Positions 1 to 8,504 of a stretch of DNA of 40,438 nt are shown piece after piece. Under the pieces are notes generated by a model. That model saw only the letters and a list, made by a program, of their open reading frames with translations. It made no database searches and was not told where the DNA came from. The position numbers and the translations under genes are program-made. Each line of letters opens with the position of its first letter. Within the stretch, counting starts at the first letter, position 1. This DNA is from Myxococcota bacterium (GTDB lineage Bacteria; Myxococcota; SpSt-1050): NCBI GenBank assembly GCA_049969675.1, contig JBMFOP010000003.1:19295-59732 (forward strand), given 5' to 3'.

Positions 1-1
1 G

Positions 2-205
2 CATGAGGATATATCATATTTTAAATTGGCTGTGGGCTTTGGCGGTGAGCTGGCTTTTGGGAATAGTATAGTAAACAATCTTACACTTGGTATTGGCATA
101 TTCCCGATAGGTGTCTCCATTAAAGAGAAACATTCCTATTATGGATATGATGATACGAGTAAGGTAAATTTCGGGGCGTCCATATTTACTCACTTTAATT
201 TTTAA
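2..205 (+). CDS. 3' end of a probable outer-membrane beta-barrel protein (partial, begins before the window)
   Basis: Frame 2 is open from the window start to TAA at 203-205: HEDISYFKLAVGFGGELAFG...NFGASIFTHFNF*. Alternating beta-strand pattern and a terminal Phe. Not in the ORF track. Confidence 0.6.
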   Translation, partial: HEDISYFKLAVGFGGELAFGNSIVNNLTLGIGIFPIGVSIKEKHSYYGYDDTSKVNFGASIFTHFNF

Positions 206-208
206 TTT

Positions 209-874
209 ATGATGGAGAAGAGAATTGCGGCATTCTTTGATTTTGATAATACCTTTCTTGCAAGAGATAGTGCGGTAATCGGTATAAAGTATCTATTTAA
301 GAGAGGAGATATATCCCTCTGGTTTGTAATCGGTATAATTTTAAGAAGTATATTTTTTAAATTAAATTTGTATAGCGCAGAGAGGATTTCAAGATATGCC
401 CTCAGATTTTATAAGAATAGAGATATCACCGATTATTTGCGGCAGTCCGAGATATACTATAGGGAGATGCTGAAACCCCATATCTCTCCAAGAGTCAGAG
501 AGAAGTTGGAGGAGCATCGTAGAAAGGGGCACCTGCTGATTTTGATAACCGCATCTTTGAGATATATGTTAGAGCCAGTTGTCAGAGATTATGGTTTTGA
601 CCTCCTTCTATGCACTGACCTTGAGATAGGCGAGAATGGCAGACCTACCGGCAGACCTGTGGAACCCATCTGCGTTGGTGAGAATAAGGTATTTTATGCA
701 AAAAAGGTTGCCCTTAAGCTGAATATTGACCTTGAAAACTCCTATGCCTATTCTGACCATCACAGCGACCTACCACTCCTTCAACTGGTAGGTAATCCGG
801 TGGTGGTAAACCCAAACTTCTTCTTGAAGAGGGTGGCTATTAAAAACAACTGGCCTATTCTGGAACATTTTTAA
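209..874 (+). CDS. HAD-IB family hydrolase (phosphoserine phosphatase-like)
   Basis: Motif I FFDFDNT, motif II ITAS, motif III Lys (GENKV), motif IV YSDHHSD, followed by PVVVNP. Confidence 0.9.
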   Translation: MMEKRIAAFFDFDNTFLARDSAVIGIKYLFKRGDISLWFVIGIILRSIFFKLNLYSAERISRYALRFYKNRDITDYLRQSEIYYREMLKPHISPRVREKLEEHRRKGHLLILITASLRYMLEPVVRDYGFDLLLCTDLEIGENGRPTGRPVEPICVGENKVFYAKKVALKLNIDLENSYAYSDHHSDLPLLQLVGNPVVVNPNFFLKRVAIKNNWPILEHF

Positions 875-998
875 ATTTGTTTTTTTAAGTTGAGTAATCT
901 GGATTTTTACTTTTTTGGGGCATATTTTAAGTTTGACAAAGTGTATTTTCATCAATAGAAAAATAATTGAAATATTTTTTTAGCAAAAGGAGTTTTCA

Positions 999-1342
999 AT
1001 GAAAATCAGGGCAGTTCATTTTAACGAAGTAGAGGAGAGCAGGGTGGAGATGGAAGGGGCAAAGGATGTTTTTATAAGGTGGCTTGTCTCAAAGGATGAT
1101 GAGGCCCCTAACTTTTATATGAGACTATTTATAATAAAGCCAGACGGGCATACCCCTCTCATAAACATAATTATGAACATGAGGTATTTGTCGTTGATGG
1201 GGAGGAGGTAGTGATTATAGAGGGAAATGAATATAACTTAAAGGACGGATTTGTGGTAACAGTCCCTGCCAATTTTATGCATCAATTCAGAAATAATTCA
1301 GGGTCGGATTTTAGATTTTTATGTATGATACCACAAATATAG
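999..1342 (+). pseudogene. Cupin-domain protein interrupted by a 1-nt frameshift at ~1160 (pseudogene or sequence error)
   Basis: Frame from 999 gives ...IKPDGHTPL. The -1 frame from 1160 gives HKHNYEHEVFVVDGE...VTVPANFMHQFRNN...FLCMIPQI* (TAG 1340-1342), completing both cupin motifs. AGGAG RBS upstream. Confidence 0.85.
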
Positions 1343-1355
1343 GTTGGAGAATATG

Positions 1356-2645
1356 ATGACTAAAAGAATTATTTTTTTATCTATCCTAACTTCATCAATT
1401 TCATTCTTGTTCTCCTGTGTTGGGATTCCCCGGTATGATAAAGTCTGTCCATTTGTTGAATATGGCAATCAGATCTTTGCAACATATGACGGCTTCTTCC
1501 TCTTCTCTATCAAAGAATATAAAGGTAATAAAGAGAGATTACTAATTAAATTCTTTGATAAAGAGGGAAGACAGTTATCAGGTAATGAGATAGATTATCC
1601 ATTCTCTTTCTATAACTTTCTTATCAGGCAGAGAGATAAAGAGAGTGTATTTCTGATATCTCAGAATCGTCAGAATAGCAGGCAGAATCTGATCCTTGTA
1701 ATTGCACGGGATTGCCAGAAGGTTGCAGAATATAAGATTGACGCTAAAAATTTTGAGACTGTATCGGATATAATCACAATGGATAGCAGTATATTTGTAG
1801 GTGGGTGGGTGGAGAGTAAGAACGCTGAACTTCAGAAGATTACATCTCAAAAAAAGGGCTTTAGTAAGATTGTTGTAGAACATGATATGTGGCTGGAGGT
1901 ATATGATACAAATTTTACAAGCAGACTGAGATTGGTAAAAGGCGACGATAGTGCAGAGTATATTTTTAGTTTAACGCCATCAGGTGATAAATCCCGACTG
2001 TATTATACTGGCTCAATAATGAATTTTGAGATTTCTCCAGATAATTCAAAGATACTAAAATCTACCTCATTTTTTATCAAAGAGGCTGATGTGTTGAGAG
2101 GTGATTATGAGTCAAGAGTTGCAGAATATTCTGTAAGTAATAATCTAATCCCATTCTTCATACAGGAATATGATGAGAAGGATCTACTGCTTGTTCTGAT
2201 GGGAAAAAAGAATAATGTAGATTACCTCGGAATAGGTATATCTGATAAAGAGAGACTGAATGTTAACCTCAACCTATACCCTGTATATAATGATTATCTC
2301 GCAGTCTATCCGGTGATAACAAACAAGGATTATGTAATCTTAAAGTTGTATGGTATCAAGACTGATGTGATGGATAAAATCCTTATTATTGACAATAAGA
2401 TGAAATCTGGATTGGAGGTAAAGATTGATGGAATAAATAGAATGGGATTGAGATTGGAGGGTGAGGATTTAGATATTTTTTATTCATTGACTTCAAAGCC
2501 CTGTAATGAATCAATAACTGCCTTTACAAAGATTCCTCTTAAAAGTCTTATAGAAAGGTCAAAAATTCAGGTTAAATTTACAAATGGAATATCCTATCGG
2601 GATTTGAGGGTTGCAGAGGAGATTACTCTTAAGAAGAAGGACTGA
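1356..2645 (+). CDS. Hypothetical lipoprotein, beta-rich (possibly beta-propeller)
   Basis: ~430-aa ORF with signal peptide and lipobox-like LFSC. GGAGA RBS favours the ATG at 1353 or 1356 over the TTG at 1344. Confidence 0.7.
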   Translation: MTKRIIFLSILTSSISFLFSCVGIPRYDKVCPFVEYGNQIFATYDGFFLFSIKEYKGNKERLLIKFFDKEGRQLSGNEIDYPFSFYNFLIRQRDKESVFLISQNRQNSRQNLILVIARDCQKVAEYKIDAKNFETVSDIITMDSSIFVGGWVESKNAELQKITSQKKGFSKIVVEHDMWLEVYDTNFTSRLRLVKGDDSAEYIFSLTPSGDKSRLYYTGSIMNFEISPDNSKILKSTSFFIKEADVLRGDYESRVAEYSVSNNLIPFFIQEYDEKDLLLVLMGKKNNVDYLGIGISDKERLNVNLNLYPVYNDYLAVYPVITNKDYVILKLYGIKTDVMDKILIIDNKMKSGLEVKIDGINRMGLRLEGEDLDIFYSLTSKPCNESITAFTKIPLKSLIERSKIQVKFTNGISYRDLRVAEEITLKKKD

Positions 2646-3372
2646 ATCTCTTCTTTAATCCCCAGAAATATTTTAAGAATACCTCTTTTGAGCTATTAAA
2701 TGCCAGATGAAATCCAATCTCTTTATCAAGGAACCCCAAAAGAAATATATACTCCTTAAAAAATCTGAATATCGGATTGAAGAATAGAGAAAAAATCAGG
2801 ATAATAATATTTATTTTTGCCTTATCTATAGAGGCAAGTTTTGCATTTCTGATTGCCTTTTCTTTGATATTGTCAATATTTAAATAAGGAGTATGGATTA
2901 TTTTATTCTTCAGTCTTCCAACATTCTTTGAGCCCTTTATCTTCTCGTGAACCTTCTCTTCTCCATACTCAAATTCCTTTTTAAATAGTCTGATATGTGA
3001 TTCATTCTTATGCCTGCCGTACTTAATCAGTCTATCCTGAAAATATGTCTCAAAAGGTATTGAGAATGCATCATATTTATTCTCTTCTATAACTCTTAAT
3101 ATCTCCTCTTTTGTCTCTTTAGGTAGATATTCATCTGCATCAATATTTAATATCCATTCGTATTTGCACTGTCTTTTAGCGAACTCCTTCTTCTCTGAAA
3201 AACCCACAAATTCTATATTTATGGTTTTAGCATTAAAATGTTTTGCTATATTTATAGTTGAGTCCGTACTATTTGAGTCAACAACTATTATCTCATCAGC
3301 AAAAGATATTGAGCTCAGGCATCGTTTAAGATATCTCTCCGAATTATATGTAATAACAAAGGCAGAAATCAT
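2629..3372 (-). CDS. Glycosyltransferase family 2 (LPS core beta-1,4-glucosyltransferase, LgtF/WaaE-like)
   Basis: ISAFVITYNSE, VVDSNSTDST, WILNIDADE, VHE, GFLD motifs. Confidence 0.9.
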   Translation of the reverse strand: MISAFVITYNSERYLKRCLSSISFADEIIVVDSNSTDSTINIAKHFNAKTINIEFVGFSEKKEFAKRQCKYEWILNIDADEYLPKETKEEILRVIEENKYDAFSIPFETYFQDRLIKYGRHKNESHIRLFKKEFEYGEEKVHEKIKGSKNVGRLKNKIIHTPYLNIDNIKEKAIRNAKLASIDKAKINIIILIFSLFFNPIFRFFKEYIFLLGFLDKEIGFHLAFNSSKEVFLKYFWGLKKRFSPSS

Positions 3373-3842
3373 AGAGATTTTATTCTCTTAATTATATCGC
3401 TTGTAGAATTGAGCTTCTTCGTACCGAGAAGTATGGTCTTAATCCCTAATTTACCTGAGATACACTTTTCGGGTAGATTCTTATTTTTATATTCTACTCC
3501 CTTGATATGAAAGTCTGGCATAATGATTCTAAGTGTCTCTGATGCAGTCTCCTCATCAAACAGTGTTATAAAATCCACATCTTCAATGGCTGAAAGTATT
3601 GTTATTCGGTCTTTTTCATTTAAAATAGGTCGATTAACTCCCTTGATTCTCTTTGTAGAGCTATCAGAGTTGAGGGCAATTATTAATATATCACAGACCT
3701 TTTTCGCCTCCTTTATGACCTCAATATGTCCGGTATGAATCAAGTCAAATACACCATTTATCAGCCCCACTCTATATCCCATATCTCTAAGTCTTCTGAC
3801 AATAAGTTTGAGCTCTTCTCTACTCTTAAATTTTCTTTCCAT
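3369..3842 (-). CDS. rfaE2: D-glycero-beta-D-manno-heptose 1-phosphate adenylyltransferase (RfaE/HldE domain II, HldC-type)
   Basis: NGVFDLIHTGH (HxGH), ALNSDSS..KG..RP, STS..I motifs. Adjacent to the heptose kinase. Confidence 0.85.
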   Translation of the reverse strand: MERKFKSREELKLIVRRLRDMGYRVGLINGVFDLIHTGHIEVIKEAKKVCDILIIALNSDSSTKRIKGVNRPILNEKDRITILSAIEDVDFITLFDEETASETLRIIMPDFHIKGVEYKNKNLPEKCISGKLGIKTILLGTKKLNSTSDIIKRIKSL

Positions 3843-4821
3843 TGATAGCCCTTATGATATCTTCTCTGCTAACAGGGACAGTCCCTCTCTTCAATACTTT
3901 AATGCCGCCGGCTATATTTGCAAAGATAGCAGATTTTTTTGGTGAGATATCGGAAGAGATTGCAAGGGAGAATGCAGCAAGGACCGTATCACCAGCCCCC
4001 GTGACATCCGCTACCTCGGTATTCCCGAATGCCTTGAATGAGATTAGTCTATCCCAATCTTTGAATATTGAAATGCCGTCCTTCCCTCTTTTGAGGAGGA
4101 TATATTTTACAGAGGTCAATCTCTTCAGTCTCTTTAATGCCCTGATGAGTTCCTCCAGACCCTGAACATATTTTCCGTATATCTGTGATAACTCATTTAT
4201 ATTTGGTGTGAGGGCTGTTATATGCTTGAATTTTCTGAGGGAAAATCTTGAATCAGCTATTATCTTCTTCTGATTTGAAAATTTTATAATCCATCTAATA
4301 AAGCCATCAGTAAAGAGTCCCTCTCCATAATCTGACAGGACGACTGCGTCATATCTTTTAATATTTGAGGAGATGATTTTTTTCAGTGCGGAGAAGACCT
4401 CTATTGAGTAAGGGCTGTTTATGCCTCTATCAAGTCTGAATATCTGCTGTGTTGCAGTATTGATATCTCCGGCAAGTACCCTCGTCTTTATGATAGTTTG
4501 TGTATCATCTGTGATTAGTAAGTCGGTTGAGATATTGTTTCTCCTGAAGATATTCTTTAATTCTTTCCCATATGCATCAGAACCAATGACTCCGGCTATT
4601 GTAGCCTCACCACCCATAGCGGCAATATTCATTGCAACATTTCCAGCCCCACCCGGCCTTATCTCTGAAGATTGAAATCTGATAATCGGAATCGGTGCCT
4701 CTCTTGAAAGTCTATAAGTATTCCCGGTTATATATTCATCTGCTATAACATCTCCAATTACCATTATCTTTCTTTTGTGTATTTTTTGAAGTATCCAGTT
4801 TATGGTGCTCTTATCTACCAT
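3826..4821 (-). CDS. rfaE1: D-glycero-beta-D-manno-heptose-7-phosphate kinase (RfaE/HldE domain I, HldA-type, PfkB family)
   Basis: VIGDVIADEY, RLSREAPIP, PGGAGNVAMN, LSDYGEG, DVTGAGDT. Confidence 0.88.
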   Translation of the reverse strand: MVDKSTINWILQKIHKRKIMVIGDVIADEYITGNTYRLSREAPIPIIRFQSSEIRPGGAGNVAMNIAAMGGEATIAGVIGSDAYGKELKNIFRRNNISTDLLITDDTQTIIKTRVLAGDINTATQQIFRLDRGINSPYSIEVFSALKKIISSNIKRYDAVVLSDYGEGLFTDGFIRWIIKFSNQKKIIADSRFSLRKFKHITALTPNINELSQIYGKYVQGLEELIRALKRLKRLTSVKYILLKRGKDGISIFKDWDRLISFKAFGNTEVADVTGAGDTVLAAFSLAISSDISPKKSAIFANIAGGIKVLKRGTVPVSREDIIRAINGKKI

Positions 4822-5714
4822 ATCCTCAAATCCTTTATATCTGAAATCCTGTTCTGTTCAAGGTATTTGAATAGATTCTCAAGAATCTCTTTTGCAGAGA
4901 GTGGATATGAGAAATTCGCCGTGCCTATCTGTACCGCCGATGCACCAGCCATAAAGAATTCAATTGCGTCTCTGTAATTCATAATCCCGCCGCAACCGAT
5001 AATAGGTATCCCTACCTCCTTTGCAACCTGATATACAACTCTTAATGCAAGTGGTTTGATTGCAGGTCCAGAGAGCCCGCCAAATATATTTTTGAAATAG
5101 AATTCTCTTTTATCTATATCTATTGCGAGTGCCTGAACTGTGTTGATACAGGTAATGGCATCTACCCCTTCATCCCTGCATAACTTTGCAATATCTATAT
5201 AAGGGAGGTCAAGAGATACCTTAAATATTATCGGTTTTGAAAAGCTCTCTCTAATTTTTCGAGCAAGTTCTCTTGTAAGATTCAAATCTTTGCCAAGGCT
5301 GAGTCCCCCCGTCTTTACATTTGGACAGGAGATATTGACCTCAATTGCATCAACCCGTCTTATCTCCTGAAGTATTGAGGCAATCTTTATATATTCTTCT
5401 ATATCAAAGCCAAGAATATTCACTATATATGTTGTATCAATATTGGCTGTCTTTGGTAGAATCTTCTCCAGAAAATCAGATATACCAGGATTTTCAAGTC
5501 CGATTGAATTAATAAGTCCGCCTTCTATTTCAAGAATTCTCTTCCCATAATTTCCGTCCCTCTGATTGAATGAGATTCCTTTTGAGACAATAGCACCCAG
5601 AATAGAGGTGTCGTAAAAATCCATAAACTCATATCCAAATCCGAATGTCCCGGATGCTGTCATCACAGGATTTTTGAGAGAGAGGGCGGATAAATTTACT
5701 CTAAATTCCTTCAT
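4815..5714 (-). CDS. pyrD: Dihydroorotate dehydrogenase B, catalytic subunit (family 1B)
   Basis: KNPVMTASGTFG, NSIGLENPG, EVNISCPNV, GGLSGPAIKP. ATG at 5714 overlaps the pyrK stop (ATGA). Confidence 0.95.
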   Translation of the reverse strand: MKEFRVNLSALSLKNPVMTASGTFGFGYEFMDFYDTSILGAIVSKGISFNQRDGNYGKRILEIEGGLINSIGLENPGISDFLEKILPKTANIDTTYIVNILGFDIEEYIKIASILQEIRRVDAIEVNISCPNVKTGGLSLGKDLNLTRELARKIRESFSKPIIFKVSLDLPYIDIAKLCRDEGVDAITCINTVQALAIDIDKREFYFKNIFGGLSGPAIKPLALRVVYQVAKEVGIPIIGCGGIMNYRDAIEFFMAGASAVQIGTANFSYPLSAKEILENLFKYLEQNRISDIKDLRIW

Positions 5715-6532
5715 CTGCAATAAAACTCCCTTGCATCAAATATTGGTCCATCTTTACATATATGAAACAATTTTCCACCTGCTGTCTCAACTGTGCAGCT
5801 CAGACATACACCGCTCCCACAGCCCATAAGTGCTTCAAGACTGATATAGGTCTTTATATTCTGATTGATAGAGACCTCGCATATCTTTTCAATCATTATC
5901 TCTGGCCCACAGACATAGCAGATTGGAGATAGTTTTCTCTCTTCATCAAAGAGAGAGGTCGGAGTGAGATTGCTGGTATATGTCTTGATTGCCTCCAGAA
6001 AGAGAGAGGTAATCAACCCCTTCTTTCCCTTCTTTCCATCTTCTGTAGTAATGTATAATTTTTCACTCAGATTTTTTATTCTCAAAAGATGAACGAGTTC
6101 ATCAGATTCCTTTACTCCATAGAAGAAGTGAATCCTGTATCCCTTCTCAAAGAGCCTTGTCGCCAGATAGAAAAGTGGGGCAATACCTCTACCCCCTGCG
6201 ACCAGGATCGCTGTCTTTCTATCCTTTTCTATAGGGAAATAATTACCTATTGGTCCCCAAAGTTCGGTTATCTCTCCCCTTTTGAGCCTTGAGAGTTCAG
6301 ATGTCCCTTTCCCCACTACCTTGAAGAGAAATTCTAAATATCCCTTCTTTAAAATAGTAAAGTAATTGTGAACTGAGATTGGTCTTGCAATGAGGGTGTT
6401 GCGAGGTTTTATCATAAAGAACTGTCCGGGTTGGGGAATCTGCATCTTGCTGTCATATTCGAGTGTGAGCAATACATAATCAGATTTGAGGTGCCTTATA
6501 TGTGCCACTCTTAATTGATTGTATTTTGTCAT
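5711..6532 (-). CDS. pyrK: Dihydroorotate dehydrogenase electron-transfer subunit
   Basis: PGQFFM, RPIS, AGGRGIAP, YVCGP and [2Fe-2S] motif MGCGSGVCLSC...ICKDGPIF. Directly upstream of pyrD. Confidence 0.93.
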   Translation of the reverse strand: MTKYNQLRVAHIRHLKSDYVLLTLEYDSKMQIPQPGQFFMIKPRNTLIARPISVHNYFTILKKGYLEFLFKVVGKGTSELSRLKRGEITELWGPIGNYFPIEKDRKTAILVAGGRGIAPLFYLATRLFEKGYRIHFFYGVKESDELVHLLRIKNLSEKLYITTEDGKKGKKGLITSLFLEAIKTYTSNLTPTSLFDEERKLSPICYVCGPEIMIEKICEVSINQNIKTYISLEALMGCGSGVCLSCTVETAGGKLFHICKDGPIFDAREFYCR

Positions 6533-6984
6533 AGTGAAAGCTCCATTACTATCGCATCTTCGTCGTTATCTACATAGTACTTCTCTCTAATATAAGCCTC
6601 AATAAAGCCATTTTTTATGTAAAATAGTCTTGCTGCGATATTTGATACCCTTACCTCAAGGGTGATTAACTGTTTTGAATTCTGCTTTGCATATTCAATC
6701 ATCTCTCTTAAAAGAGTGGTACCTATGCCCATTCTTCTGTAGGCTGGTTTTACTGCGATGTTTATCAGGTGTATCTCATAAGGTATATCCCAGTAAATTA
6801 TGAAGCCTGAAGGAAAATTATCAACCTTTGCTACAAAAAATCTTGAATATGTATTTTTGAGTTCTCCTTCAAATGTCTCCCTTTTCCATGGATAGTTGAA
6901 GGATTCAATCTCTATTTGCATAATGCCATCTATATCATTCTCTGTGACTCTTGAAATACTAATATTTTTCTCAACTTCTATCAT
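6529..6984 (-). CDS. rimI: Ribosomal protein S18-alanine N-acetyltransferase (GNAT)
   Basis: IEIESFNYPW, HLINIAV..YRRMGIG, TLEVRVSN, R..YY...EDAIVM. Confidence 0.9.
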   Translation of the reverse strand: MIEVEKNISISRVTENDIDGIMQIEIESFNYPWKRETFEGELKNTYSRFFVAKVDNFPSGFIIYWDIPYEIHLINIAVKPAYRRMGIGTTLLREMIEYAKQNSKQLITLEVRVSNIAARLFYIKNGFIEAYIREKYYVDNDEDAIVMELSL

Positions 6985-7625
6985 TGCGGTGTGTATAGAT
7001 ATCTGATTCTGTATTTGTTCTTCAATTCATCAAGGTATTGTGCGGCAAAGTTCTTCTTCTTCTCGGCTTTTAATATGTTTTTATATCTATTTTGAGTCTC
7101 TGTATCTGCGGGTAGTATCACGCCATTTGATTGCATATATTTATTAAGTTCGTCCTCATCTATCTTTATCTTTTCATCTGCAATTTGATTAATATAGCTG
7201 TCAATCATAATGTATATGGCAAGTGTCTTTTTGAATTCTATTTCAGACATATTTATCTCTGACAGAAATTTCTCAAACTCCTGAGGGGTATGAAATTTTG
7301 CCTTTATTTTTATAAAAAGGTTATCGGCATCTTTCATATAAATATTGGGTTTGAATTTCTTATCCTTTTTCAACTCTTGAGCAACGAGCTCTCTATTTAT
7401 CATCAGATTTATCATTGAGTTGATAAACCCAGAATCATTTAATTTATAAAGTGATTCAGGTCCCTCTGAGATTACAATCTGAATTCTTGAGTGTGCATCC
7501 AGTTCGAGCAGTGTAATTGCCTCCTTCTCCACCTCAACAATTGTCTTATCAAGCAGGATACCATCTGGTGACTTCTGTGTAACCATCCACAATATCAAGA
7601 TGAAAAATTTACTCAAATAACTCAT
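6981..7625 (-). CDS. SurA N-terminal-like periplasmic chaperone-domain protein (no parvulin domain)
   Basis: Signal/anchor followed by LLDKTIVEVEKEAITLLEL (SurA-like 'D.I.A.V....IT..E'), a helical core and C-terminal YLDELKNKYRIRY. Confidence 0.55.
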   Translation of the reverse strand: MSYLSKFFILILWMVTQKSPDGILLDKTIVEVEKEAITLLELDAHSRIQIVISEGPESLYKLNDSGFINSMINLMINRELVAQELKKDKKFKPNIYMKDADNLFIKIKAKFHTPQEFEKFLSEINMSEIEFKKTLAIYIMIDSYINQIADEKIKIDEDELNKYMQSNGVILPADTETQNRYKNILKAEKKKNFAAQYLDELKNKYRIRYLYTPQ

Positions 7626-7680
7626 CTTTTAGTGCCGTAAATTGGGCATGATTTATATTATTCACTAAAAATACCCAAAA

Positions 7681-7753
7681 TGGGCGCTACAGGAATTGAA
7701 CCTGTGACTTCCACCGTGTGAGGATGGCACTCTAACCGCTGAGTTAAGCGCCC
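7681..7753 (-). tRNA. tRNA-Val (anticodon CAC), 3' CCA not encoded
   Basis: Reverse complement GGGCGCTTAACTCAGCGGTTAGAGTGCCATCCTCACACGGTGGAAGTCACAGGTTCAATTCCTGTAGCGCCCA forms a cloverleaf. Anticodon loop CTCACAC, T-loop GTTCAAT. Confidence 0.95.
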
Positions 7754-7768
7754 AATTCAAGGTTATAC

Positions 7769-7797
7769 TTTATGCCATTTGATGAGAGAGATGTCAA
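7769..7797 (-). promoter_or_regulatory. Putative sigma70 promoter for tRNA-Val and the downstream genes
   Basis: TTGACA (7797-7792), 17 nt, CATAAA, followed closely by TATAAC. Confidence 0.45.
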
Positions 7798-7883
7798 ATA
7801 ATAACATATCAATTTTATGAGCTTTTTCAAATAATGCATTAGGGAAATTAATCTTATGTCATTTTAATTAGAGCAATGGAGCC

Positions 7884-8504
7884 TTATTTATTGATTACGC
7901 CGTTTAATAATAGGTCTTTGATTGTCTCCATCTTTTCGGTGATAGAGCCTTTAATGGTATACTCTTTCCCTAAAAGTTTATCAACCATCTGAGAACCGGC
8001 AAGTATAAACATCATCGCTCCGAGACAGAAGCTCATAAGTACCACCGGTTCGTATCTGTCATTGATAATGCCAAATCTCTGAGCCTCAGAAAAGATGTCT
8101 TTGATGTATTTTAACTCTTTTGCTATTATGTGAGTATGAAACCATCTGCTTATCTCTGTATTTGTCACCACCTCGCGGGCTATCAGTTGAGGAAGATTGC
8201 AATTCTCCTCGTAAAAGGCTGCATAGATATCAAAGAGTTTATAGAATTTATCTTTGGCTGATATCTCTTTATCTTCACTTAACTCTTTTAATGATCTGAT
8301 GATAGGTTCGGTCTTGAGTCTGATGACCTCTTTATAAAGATCTTCCTTACTTGTGAAATAATAGTTTATCAGTGCAATATTGACCTTTGCAGCCCTGCAT
8401 ACATCTCTCACAGAGGTATTATTATACCCCTTTTGAATAAATAACTGTTCGGCAGAGTGAAGAATCTTTTTGCGTGCACTTGATTTTTCAATCTCTTTAT
8501 ACAT
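7884..8504 (-). CDS. TetR/AcrR family transcriptional regulator
   Basis: HTH ILHSAEQLFIQKGYNNTSVRDVCRAAKVNIALINYYFTSKEDL. Likely start is the ATG at 8504, overlapping the RND stop. Confidence 0.92.
   Translation of the reverse strand: MYKEIEKSSARKKILHSAEQLFIQKGYNNTSVRDVCRAAKVNIALINYYFTSKEDLYKEVIRLKTEPIIRSLKELSEDKEISAKDKFYKLFDIYAAFYEENCNLPQLIAREVVTNTEISRWFHTHIIAKELKYIKDIFSEAQRFGIINDRYEPVVLMSFCLGAMMFILAGSQMVDKLLGKEYTIKGSITEKMETIKDLLLNGVINK

Noticed and set aside
3369..4821. Split hldE as a frameshifted bifunctional gene
   Set aside because: The downstream gene has its own ATG in a 17-nt overlap, and separate HldA/HldC-type genes are common. There is no sign of a lesion.
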